DNA of 64,000 bases from the human T2T-CHM13v2.0 reference genome, Homo sapiens. Both the position numbers and the translations under genes were made by a program. The notes under the pieces are model-generated. The model worked only from the letters and a program-made list of their open reading frames with translations, made no database searches and was not told the origin of the DNA. The stretch lies in NCBI RefSeq assembly GCF_009914755.1, contig NC_060939.1; one strand, 5' to 3'. Positions 30,761-42,306 of the stretch are shown here, piece by piece (the stretch's first letter is position 1; each line of letters starts with the position of its first letter).

Positions 30761-31789
30761 CTTTGTGGTTTTATCTACTTTTGGTCTTTGATGATGGTGA
30801 TATACAGATGGGGTTTTGGTGTGGATGTCCTTTCTGTTTGTTAGTTTTCCTTGTAAGAGTCAGGACCCTCAGCAGCAGGTCTGTTGGAGTTTGCTGGAGG
30901 TCCACTCCAGACCCTGTTTGCCTGGGTATCAGCAGTGGAGGCTGCAGAACAGCAGATATTGGTGAACAGCAAATGTTGCTGCCTGATCATTCCTCTGGAA
31001 GTTTTGTCTCAGTGGAGTACCCAGCCGTGTGAGATGTCAGTCTGCCCCTACTGGAGGGTGCCTCCCAGTTAGGCTACTCGGGGGTCAGGGACCCACTTGA
31101 GGAGGCAGTCTATCTGTTCTCAGATCTCCAGCTGTGTGCTGGGAGAACGACTACTCCCTTCAAAGCTGTCAGAGGGACATTTAAGTCTGCAGAGGATTCT
31201 GCTGCCTTTTGTTTGGCAGTGCCCTGCCCCCAGAGGTGGAGTCTACAGAGGCAGGCAGGCGTCCTTGAGCTGCAGTGGGCTCCACCCAGTTCGAGCTTCC
31301 CAGCCGCTCTGTTTACCTACTCAAGCCTTGGCAATGGCAGGCGCCCCTCCCCTAGCCTTGCTGCTGCCTTGTAGTTTGATCTCACACTGCTGTGCTAGCA
31401 ATGAGTGAGGCTCCGTGGGCGTAGGACCTTCCAAGCCATGCACGGGATATAATCTCCTGGTGTGCCATTTGCTAAGACTGTTGGAAAAGCGCAGTATTGG
31501 GGTGGGAGTAACCCGATTTTCCAGGTGCCATCTGTCACCCCTTTCTTTGACTAGGAAAGGGAATTACCTGACCCCTTGTGCTTCCCGGGTGAGGCAATGC
31601 CTCGCCCTGCTTCGGCTCATGCTCAGTGCGCTGCACCCACTGTCCTGCACTCACTTTCCGACACTCCCCAGTGAGATGAACCCGGTACCTCAGTTGGAAA
31701 TGCGAAATCACCCGTCTTCTGTATCACTCACGCTGGGAGCTATAGACTGGAGCTGTTCCTATTCGGCCATCTTGGCTCCACCCCCCCCG
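30761..31789 (-). promoter_or_regulatory. L1 5'UTR with internal sense promoter and antisense promoter region
   Basis: Intact YY1 site (plus-strand GCCATCTTG, 31766-31774). Residual CpGs. The antisense promoter would fire on the + strand into the ERV gag. Confidence 0.8.
31334..31408 (+). pseudogene. ORF0: L1 ORF0 with premature stop
   Basis: MAGAPPLALLLPCSLISHCCASNE* resembles primate ORF0p (MAGAPPPASLPPCSLISDCCASNQR...). TGA at 31406-31408 replaces an Arg codon. Homology continues in the same frame (GVGPS..VGVTRFSRC). Confidence 0.85.
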
Positions 31790-32999
31790 AGAAATCTTAA
31801 ACACAATTATGCACAAGGGCAACAGGTCCCAGTAACATCTTTAACATTATGGGCTTTAGTCAGTGCTGCTTTGGACCCACTCTACATGGAAGAGTCTAAA
31901 AAGGGAAGGGAGGAGGAACTATCCCCTACCTTACCACCTCCTCCTCCTCCCTCAGCCCCACCATTACCAGATAAAAGTACAAAAGAGAAAACGGGGATTT
32001 TTCCTAAGTCCCCTCCTCGAATATATTAATTGGAAAAAAGACAAGGTCCCACACTACAGCTATGGGACCCTGTCTTAGGCAGGCAGCATTAGAAGGGGAG
32101 CTCTTGGCCTGCCTGGTAATGCAAGATTGACAAGGCAATCAGGTATATGAGCCCATTTCTTTTGATGCTTATAAAGATATAAGAAAAAGCATTAAAGAAA
32201 ATGGAGCCACTAGCCCATTTACGAAAGGACTAACTGAAACCATAGCAGACAACTTCCATATGACCCCATGGGACTGGTTAGTGCTAGCTAAAACAACTTT
32301 AGAGCCCAGTCAATAACTCCTCTGGAAGGCAGAATATGATAAGTTGTGCGAACAAGCCAACCAGAATCAATTGGCTGGGCAAGACATAACAGCTGCTATT
32401 CTGCAGGGGAGGGGTCCCTATGCCAATGTACAACAATTAAGTTTTGTTCCCCAAGCCTATGCCCAAGTGTTTTTGTGTGCTCTTAGGGCTTGGGACCGAA
32501 TTCCCGAAAGCGGAGTTCAACAGGGATCTTTTATAAATGTCCGACAAGAGCCTCAGGAGCCATTTGTTGAATTTGTCAATCTGTTAACCCAGGCAATTAA
32601 AAGACAAATTAGTCATGTGCAGGCCACTGATATCTTATTGTTGCAGTTGGCTTATGAAAACGCTAATGTGGATTGCCAACAGGCAATGCAGGCAATCAGA
32701 GGAAAAGCAGCTACAGTTGGGGAATTTATATGAACGTTTCAACTGGTAGGGACTGAAACACACAAAGCCAAAATATTGCCTATGGCATTAAAGCCTCCTA
32801 AAGAGAAAAGGGAGAAAAACCCAAATTGTGTTCTATGTAGAGAGCCAGGTCATATGAAGCGGGAATGCCCCAATAGTAGAGACCAAGTTAACTCAGAAAA
32901 GAACCCCCTTCTGTATGTCGCCAATGTAAAAAGGGGAAACATTGGGAAAATCAATGCAAGTCCAAATTTGATAAAAACAGCAAACCCCTAGGCGAGAAA

Positions 33000-33782
33000 C
33001 TTCATAAGGGGCCAGCCCCAGACCCTGCTCCAAACTGGGGCAATGCCAATGGCTTTCCTTGGTCAGATGGAAAGCCCACAGTCCTCTCTCTCAGAGCAGC
33101 CACCTCTGGGAGCACAGGCCTGGACTTACTCTGCCCCAGCAAATTAGTGCTAAAAGAAGGAGAAGATCCTAAAAGGGTTGCAACAGGGATCTGGGACCCA
33201 CTGCCTCTGGGAACAGTGGGATTAGTCCCAAGGTGATCAAGCCTATCCAGTAGAGGAATCAATGTACGCACTGGGGTAAATGATAGTGATTACCAAGGTG
33301 AGATATTAGTTATGATGGAATGTAAAGGTCTGCATATTCTTCCCCCTGGATCAAAGATAGCTCAGTTACTACTCTTACCATACTGGGTCCCCAACACTCA
33401 GGGAAAGGAAAAGGGAAAGGGAAGTTTTGGAAACATGGGAGCCACAGGAGTATATTAGAACCAATTAATCACTGATCAGAGACCCATGATTACCTTAAAA
33501 ATTGGAAATAAAAATTTTACTGGCTTATTGTACACAGGGGCAGACATTTCAATCATTAGTGATCAAAACTGGCTGAAAACTTGGCCTTGGGTCACTGAGA
33601 AACAAAAAATTGTTAACATCAGGGACATGCACACAGCCAAGCAGAGCACACATCCCCTGACATGTTGCGATTTGGAAGGGAGAAAAGCAGTTATACAACC
33701 TCTAGTCATGCCCATCCCTGTTAATCTTTGGGAACGAGACCTATTAGCCCAATGGGGGGTCACTCTGCAGAGCCCTTTTTAA
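33000..33782 (+). pseudogene. pro: HML-5 pro (dUTPase + aspartic protease), disrupted
   Basis: dUTPase-like motifs (SGSTGLDL, R*SSL, GVNDSDYQGEI, IAQL, GSFG) at ~33100-33440. Protease LLYTGAD has catalytic Asp replaced by Tyr, with NLWERDLL downstream (ORF 33486..33782). Slippery heptamer CCCTTTT at 33773-33779 just before the stop. Confidence 0.88.
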
Positions 33783-36400
33783 CAATGGCCACTGTTGCAA
33801 TTCCTCCCCTACCCATGATGTGGCTCTCTCAAGATCCAATGTGGGTAGAACAGTGGCTTTTAAAGGGAGATAAATTACAAAGGGACCATGAATTAGTTGA
33901 GGAACAATTAAAAGCTGGCCATATAGAGCCATCAAACAGCCCTTGGAATTTGTCCATTTTTGTCATTCCCAAAAAGTCTGGTAAATGGAGACTTTTGCAT
34001 GACTTACATGCTATCAATGCTAATTTGCAACCTATGGGGCCCCTTCAACAGGGGCTCCCTTCCCCTGTGGTGATTCTTCTAGATTGGTTTGTAGTCATTA
34101 TTGACTTAAAAGACTGTTTTTATACTATTCCTCTTGCAAAACAGGGCAGGGAAAAATTTGTGTTTACAATACCAGCTATCAATAATGAAAGGTCAGTTTG
34201 CCAATTTCATTGGAAAGTACTTCCTCATGGAATGCTGGACAGTCCTACCATGTGTCAGTATCATGTAAATCAGGCTTTGCTCCCCAGTAGAAAAGAATTT
34301 CCTAATTGCAAGATTATTCATTTTATGGATGATAAATTACTGGCAGCCCCACCAGAGCCAATACTTGTAAGTTTATATGCCTCTGTCAAAAAGAATACAC
34401 AATTAAGAGGTTTAATCATAGCACCTGAAAAAGTACAGATGTCCTCTCCTTGGAAATATCCTGGATAGATACTAACTTCCCGGTCAGAAAGACCCCAGAA
34501 GGTTAAATTAAATACTAACAACTTACACACCTTAAATGATTATCAAAAAATACTAGGTAATATTAACTGGTTTTGCCCCACCTTAGGCATAACTATTTAT
34601 AGGTTATAAGCCTGTTTTCTATCCTAAAAGGCAATGCAGCCCTAGACTCCCCCAGGTATTTAACCCCTGCAGCACAAAGGGAAATTGAGGAAATAGAGCA
34701 AACTATTTCTCAGAGGCAACTAGATAGCATAGGCCCATGATATTCAGTCCAATTATTTGTTTTTCCTACTAAACATTCCTCAACAGGATTAATAGGACAG
34801 ATGGCCCCTGGGCTGCATTTTCTAGAACAGGTTTTTTGCTCACATATTGGGACTAAAACACTATCTCCCTATATCCAGCTAGTTAGTAAAGTTATCTATA
34901 CAGGCTGCAGACGATGCAATCAATTGCTAGGTTATGACCCTGATGTCACAAAAATTCCCTTGCGTAAAAAACAATTCAAAGCAGTTTTGCCCTTATCTCT
35001 AGACCTGCAGATAGCAGCAGGCCATATAGAAGATGCCCTTCCTGCTGACAAACTACTTCAGATAGATAAGAGTACAAGTTCTTATCTTGTACTCCTGTAG
35101 TTATACCTACAAAAGTAGTTCACTCCCCCATACCTAATGTTTTAACGCTTTTTACTGATGGCTCTGGTAAAAATGGAAAAGCAGTTATCTAGTGGGAACT
35201 GCATAACTCCCTCACTCCATCTGGATTTACTAGCACTCAGACAGCTGAGGTTGGAGCCCTAATATTGGCCCTAGAAATCTTTTCTGCTCAATCTATCAAT
35301 ATTGTTAGTGACTCTGCTTACTCCATTTATTTATTGCAGTACCTTGAGACAGCCCTCATTAAGTCTACTCTTGAGCCCACCCTGTGTACACATTTTCTTT
35401 GACTTCAGCAATTGCTAGATCAATGTACACATCCTATTTTTATTACACACATTCGGGCCCACACCTCACTCCCCAGGCCACCAGCTTATGACAATAATCA
35501 AGCAGACCTGCAGGTTATGACATCATTGCTTGACCAAGCCACCCAATCACACCAATTTTTCCACGAAAATTGGAGAAATTTATCTAAACAATTTCAAGTT
35601 ACCCAAAGACTAGCTAAACAAATTATTTTACAATGCCCAGATTGCCAGCTCACAGTCACATCCCCTCCTTCAACAGGTGTTAACCTTAGAGGACTAGAAC
35701 CTAATCAATTATGGCAAACAGATGTTACACACATCCCTGAATTTGGAAAACTAAGATATGTACATGTATCTGTTGATACCAGTTCCCACTTAATAAGCGC
35801 TCATGCTCTTCCTGGAGAGTCTGCCCAATATATCATTAAACATCTTCTCTTTACTTTTGTGTTTATGGAGTGGCCCACAAAAATTAAAACTGATAATGGT
35901 CCGGCTTATGTCAGCTCACAATTTCAACAATTTTGTCACACGTGGAACATCCAACATTCCACAGGCATCCCTTAAAACCCCTAAGGACAGGCCATAGTAG
36001 AACATGTCCACTCCACCCTTAAAAATATGCTCAAAAAACAGAAAAGAAGGAATATGGGTAAGGACCCTGCAACACTATTGGCAAAAGCCTTATTTACCCT
36101 TAATTTTTTAAATGTAGATGATAAATTTCAATCAGCCATAGAAAAGCATTTTGCAAAATGCTCTCAAAACATAAAACCTGCGGTTTTACGGAAACATGTA
36201 AATAGTAATGTATGGTGTGGTCCAAATGATTTGCTAACATGGGGAAGAGGACATGCTTGTGTTCACACCCCCTCAAGCCCTCTTTGGATTCCAGCATGAC
36301 TCATCAAACCATACCATGGCATGGCTAGGATCCAACCCGGTACCAGAAATGAAGGAAATGACCCTGCAGGACCCGCAGCCCCAGTTGATGCAGCTTCCTT
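33773..36400 (+). pseudogene. pol: HML-5 pol (RT, RNase H, integrase), disrupted
   Basis: RT motifs IDLKDCFYTIPL, LPHGM, IHFMDD (ORF 33728..34468). RNase H FTDGS near 35150. Integrase HHCC (HQFFH..CPDC) and WQTD/TDNG (35412..35975). C-terminal WCGP..LTWGRG (36027..36299). Confidence 0.92.
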
Positions 36401-36912
36401 GGATGACACAGGCCCCGGACATTACCTGGGGAATGCTGAAGAAGAAAACTCAGGAGGCTGAGCAAATCCTGCTCCAGACACAGACACCATTCATTCCAGA
36501 TAATCTGTTCCTTGCTATGCTTTCTGTTGTACATTGCAAGTCTCACAGAGTATTAACCTTTCTTATTCTCTCACTCTGCCTGCAACCCGCACCTGCTACA
36601 CTCTATTGGGCTCATCTCTTAGATCCATCTTTCTTCTGCCCTGTTACCTTGGCAGACACCCCCTTCCCAGCCTCTAATGACATAACTGCTTGGCTGGGAG
36701 GGATTGAGTTGCCCCCGGTAGGGTCCCTCATTAATAACACACATTGGACTAAGGTGCCAGGTAACGCTACATATCACTTCACAATCCTCCCACTGTGTGT
36801 AAGTTATAAAAGTTCTAACCCTTACTGTGTACCTGCCCAAACACAATTATGGCTACATTATGGCAAAGGAAATACCTTAACATTCTCGGTTGCAGGTAGC
36901 CTCTCTAGATAA
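36316..36912 (+). pseudogene. env: Truncated HML-5 env (long signal peptide + N-terminal SU), open frame ending in the 3' LTR
   Basis: ORF 36253..36912 has the betaretroviral leader motif ITWGMLKK, hydrophobic VLTFLILSLCL and SU start LYWAH. No furin site, TM or polypurine tract, because a deletion joins it to the LTR at ~36904. Confidence 0.82.
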
Positions 36913-37198
36913 GCTTATTTACGTATGTCATCCAGAGACCGACCTTTGATCATCCGCATGCAAGACTGCTCCCTGCAAGGGGGAATGACAATGTTAATTA
37001 CCCATAGATTGTGTTGGCTCCAGGCCTTTGACATTATACCAGTACTGAATAAATACAAGCAGCTCCGGCTTATTGGGGCTGCTGACTCTTCGGCCACCTA
37101 GTGCCAGGCAGTCCCCTAGTCACTCTTTCATGGGATACCTGTGTCTGAGTATTCCTTTCATCTGTCGCTCAGCCAGGGTCTGCAGGACAGACCTGGCA
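36904..37198 (+). mobile_element. 3' LTR (LTR22), 5'-truncated by ~170 bp
   Basis: Aligns to 25019-25311 with about 31 substitutions and one 2-bp indel (manual count). AATAAA at 37048-37053. Ends CCTGGCA followed by the TSD. Confidence 0.9.
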
Positions 37199-38725
37199 AT
37201 GTTGAGTTGAAGCTCAGTTGAGATCTAACAGGAAATCCTGTTTATAAATCACCAGAAGGACAGCATCATAGAGGACTGTTTTCTATAGGATTCTAAAGAT
37301 GCTGATTTTCTTCCTGCAAGATGCATTTTTCTGAGAATGGCTATTGCCACCACACACTCACAGGCCAAGGACCCCTCCTTAAAACTCTGACAAACATGGG
37401 GCAACCCAGCCTACGTTGAAGAGATGAAGAAAGAGCTTGAGGACCAGGCACAAGAGCTTTGTCTGCTCCACCTCCTGGCTCTAGGCTCAGACGGAGAAGG
37501 TGGGGTGCCAAAAGAAATTCCTCACATGTTTACTACCTTCCTTCTAATTTCCTGTCCCCTCTGTTGTTTATTGAGTGAAAAAGGATGGCTGTCTTATAAG
37601 GAACATCAGATAGCCTACTTCAAGTCCACAGTGATTTTCAGGACTGGCATTTGCTATTACTTTATAGGTCTGGCCAATGCCTGGTCCACGAGAGAGGTGT
37701 TCACGACCAAGGTGAGAAGGTACCACTTGCTTACATTTTTTGCCTCTAGTGCAAGTACATTCACCTTGATTCCTCTCCAGTCATGTGGTTTGAGTTACTT
37801 TGGCCAGAAGCAGCAACTGAGGCCCAATCTGTGCTGTGCCCACAGGAAACTTCACAAAGGTTTACGTATAGAAGCATTTGGGGCCATGTCTGTCTTGGCT
37901 ATGGGGACAGGTGGGGCTAAGCCGGCATCTCTGCTGTCAATTGCCAGACTGCAGAGAGAGGCCCTTGCCTCCTTCCACAAGGTGTTTCCAATAAAGGGGA
38001 CATATTTCCTTCGTTAGAAATAAACACAGACTGACAATATCATAGCATTTCTTGGGAAAAGAAGAAAACAGTCTTCAAACGTCCTCTGTAAGCTCCTCTG
38101 ATGTGCATCTAGGTGGGGCTGGCATGGTGAGGAGAGAAGTGTATTATGAGGAAAGCAAGAAAAGCACCCACACCATTCCATCACTAGATTTGACTTCCCA
38201 AACTAAAGAGGGTAGGATGACATCTGCTTAGCTACATCATAGGCCATCAAGGCTTGAAGAGACATAGGGTGCAACCTCCCTATAATGCTGATGAGGACAC
38301 AGAGCCCAGGGAGGCTGAAGGATCTGACCACCTTACACAGCAGTCAGGGCAGAGCTGAAGCTACAACCCGCAACTTCTAATTTCAGTCCAGTGTATTTTC
38401 TGAAGTACTCCATTTCATCCAACCATCTCAACAATTGAACAAATCTTTTCATGTGTGGTTGGTGCTATAAGGCAATGGTTTTCAACCTACAGTCATGTTG
38501 TGAACCTCTGGGATATTTGAAAAATTACCAACACTTGGGCCTCATACCCTGAGATTTCAATTTCATAGGTTTAGTGTGAGGCCCAGCATAGACATTCTTA
38601 AGAGCTCTCCACTTGATAGTCACAGAGTTGAGAGCCATTACTTTAAGGAATATATATGGGAAATACTGGCACTTTCCTCTCCATTTTGCTGTGAACTTCA
38701 CATTGCTCTAAAAAGATAATGTCTT

Positions 38726-39113
<388 letters not shown>

Positions 39114-39399
39114 CTAGGTGCTACAGAAGGTCCAAGAATAATATGAATATAAGTGTGATCCTGCCTGAACTATGCTGTCTATGGCCACAGGACTAATTTG
39201 TGTTAACTCTACTGTTTGTTCCACCAAGGCAAAGCTTACTTACCTTCCAGGCCTATCTCAAATCACACCTCTTCTATGGGCCTTTTTAACAAGACTCCAA
39301 AAACAGCTGGCATGCCTCTTCTCTAAACTTCTACACTACCCACAGGCCATAGGCAAACAATTTAGCACCAAATTATATATTATTTTCATTGTTACACTA

Positions 39400-39630
39400 T
39401 AGTAATAGTGAAATGAAAGCTTCTACTTGTTCAGTGCATACCATGTGCCAGCCACCCTTTATGTTTTCTACACAGTGCCACCCATGCTCCCAGGAGCTCT
39501 ATGATGCTGGTATTAATATACCCATTATACACATTAGGAAACTGAAACTCAGAGATGTCAAGTGCCTTGCCCCCAACCAGACAGCTGGTAAAGACATGAA
39601 TTCAGGTATGCATGTCTCTAGACATGTTGC
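39400..39630. mobile_element. MIR
   Basis: cccattatacacattaggaaactgaaactcagagatgtcaagtgccttgccc. Confidence 0.65.
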
Positions 39631-41776
39631 TTTGTATCAAATACAAATAATACTTCTTTATTATAGCACGTACTCCTGACATATTATTTTGCAAACTGTA
39701 AACTTCTTTGCTGTTCATTCACTTGTTTAATTCTTACTACAGCCCCACTATCAATTCTATTTGTGAGGGAATTAAGTCTAGAAAAATTAGATACAATTGC
39801 TCAAGATTCCATAGCCTGGCCAGGAACCCAGGTGTTCTATTCCAAGTGCAGGGCCATTTCACTGCCCACATATCCATGTGCCGGGCTCTGTTCCATGCTA
39901 ACCTGAAGTCCCCTGAGAGAAAGCCTGTGTTTGATGCTGCTTCTGTATTTCCCACTGATGCCAGATATGCAGCCTGTTGCTTCATTAATTGATTTGCCAA
40001 GAAGTAGCAAGAATGTCCCCAAGACACAGCCAGACCCTAAGGACTTGAAGAATGAAACCACAGCAATTCTTTGGGGGCTGAAAATAACTGCTGAGAAGAC
40101 ATGACTGTGGGTTATTTTTAGTGCCATGAATAAGTTGTATTCTAGAAAAAACAAACAAAACTCCAACCTTTCAGTCACCATTTTTGAAGGAATGATTCTC
40201 AACTATCTACATCAACTAACAGAAGCAAACAGCAAAAGCGAAAGAAGTGACCTGCCCATGACCAAAGGATGGATCAGTGGAAGAAAGTCAACTTCCTTTC
40301 TCCTTCTCCCCCAAAAGTTTCCAATTTAAATCCCCAAAATCTCCAATTTAAATCCCAGTTATCTGTCTATGACACAACAATGTCTCTTTAGCCATATCCC
40401 ATCTCGTTTCGTAAAGGATTCAAAGTAGCTTGCAACATGAATAGATATAATAAGCAATGATAAAATATAAACAAGTAAAGACTACCAAGGCTGAGGAACA
40501 TGTAAATATAAGAAGTCAAGTCCAAGAAAAAATGCCTTATTAGTCAGAGAGGAAACTGTCTAAAGCCCAAAAGACTGCACTGCATTTAAAATAGATCTTC
40601 CATGCATGAGGTTTAGTTGATGAGGTATTTTTAGGGGCTCAGTCACTACTGTGGGTTTTACTCCTTGCCGGATATTGATCCAAAAGAATAATTGAAGCAA
40701 TGAAACTATAGAATTTATCTCCAGGATGTGGTCAGCACACAATATTCATGCCTCCTTTGTTAAATAAGAGACGTGTTTTCCAAGTCTAATGTTGCCAAAA
40801 AGACTACGTCAGTGCTTTCTGTGGAATGGAACTCTTATTTCAACAGTAAGTCTGAATCATGACCATTTATTTATTTAACAGATATTGTGACAATAAATTA
40901 TCTGCCAGGAACTGTGCAATGCATTGCTAATTCAAAGACAAGACATAGACCCTCTCTTACAGGACTTCTCTCTCTGGAGGAGCAGAGAGGCTTGTAAATA
41001 TACAATAAGTAAAAACATAACAAGTATGATTAGAGAGGAATGCATAAGGAGTTGTAGAAGCAGGGATAGAGACAACCATGTCACTGAGGTTAGCAAGCAC
41101 ATCTTAACTTCTAATCTAACATCTTGTAACACATCTAGTTATAAGGATGCAGAGCTTCTGGGTTGGCAGAGGTGGGGTGAGCATTCTTAATTGAGTGGAA
41201 CTGATAGAATCATAGAAGAAAGAACTTCCTTTTGTGACTTGCTGAACATCTCCATATTTCTGATTTGATTTCGTGGAGAGGTAAGGCAGACAAATGCAGC
41301 AGTGCCATCTCAAAAAGTGGCGGCCAGCAGGAATAGGACAGAGGAGTGTGGAGAAATGCTGTGGCAAGTATTTTGTCATATCCAGGTTAGTGAGACGAAT
41401 TTCTTGGCAGTATAGGCATATTGTTCTTGGCAATTCTGTATATGGTAAAGGGAACTTCAGGATCCAAATCAACTTTCTGGCTGACTATGCATCCATTCAA
41501 ACCACCTATGATCACATTTAAAACAAAAATCTAGCATCTCAAGAGAGATTTAAAATGGAAGGTTTCTTTGCCAGTGATCTGCACCAAAAACTGGAAGCCA
41601 GCAATCAAAAGTGAACAAGTGTTTCAAACTTTCAGGCCTCTGATGCCTGACTCAAAAATCTGAAGCATCCCCTTCCTGCTGACCCAGCTAAAGAATACTT
41701 TGGTGATCATACAAAAATATAATATTAATATACTATATTCATACTATAGTTTATATAACATTTTCAGATTATACAT

Positions 41777-41996
41777 ATTTATATGTATAAATATATATTT
41801 ACATTTATATAGTATAGTATGAACGCTGAATAATTTATAAAATTATGATTGGCAAAAAGCAACTTGCTTAGAATTTACAGTGATTGATTATTTATATGTA
41901 TAAATATATATTTATATAGTATAGTATGAATGCTGAATAATTTATAAAATTATTATAGGCAAAAAGCAACTTGCTTAGAATTTACAGTGATTGATT
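41777..41996. repeat. Tandem duplication, 113 bp + 107 bp units
   Basis: 41777-41889 and 41890-41996 differ by one 6-bp indel and about 3 substitutions. Confidence 0.95.
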
Positions 41997-42306
41997 CCAG
42001 CATATGTATCTGAAGAAGCACCAAAGCAGGGGTCCATGGAAAATGGACACTTGCCTAGTGTTAGCTCAAGTCAGGTTCTGACTTTCTCCTGTAGAAACAA
42101 AAGCAGATAAGGTAACTTTCAAAGAAAATTCTTTTTTTTTTCCTTAAACTGACTCATAGCTTAGAAGTTGAGAAAATAAAGAAACAGCTAAGAAATATTG
42201 AAGGGTGTTGAATGTCTAAGGGAATCAGATAAAAAAGAAGAGCCTTAATAAGAAGTGTGCACATTTGTGACCAAAAATTAAGCTACCAGAAACTATGAAG
42301 AATGAA

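Noticed and set aside
37424-38017. 197-aa ORF just downstream of the 3' LTR, with AATAAA near 37990 and 38019
   Set aside because: No recognisable domain, motif or exon structure. It could be a chance ORF or a non-coding read-through end; not supportable as a CDS from sequence alone.
41777-41996. Repeat units as a CRISPR-like array
   Set aside because: Only two long adjacent units with no unique spacers, in a eukaryotic context.
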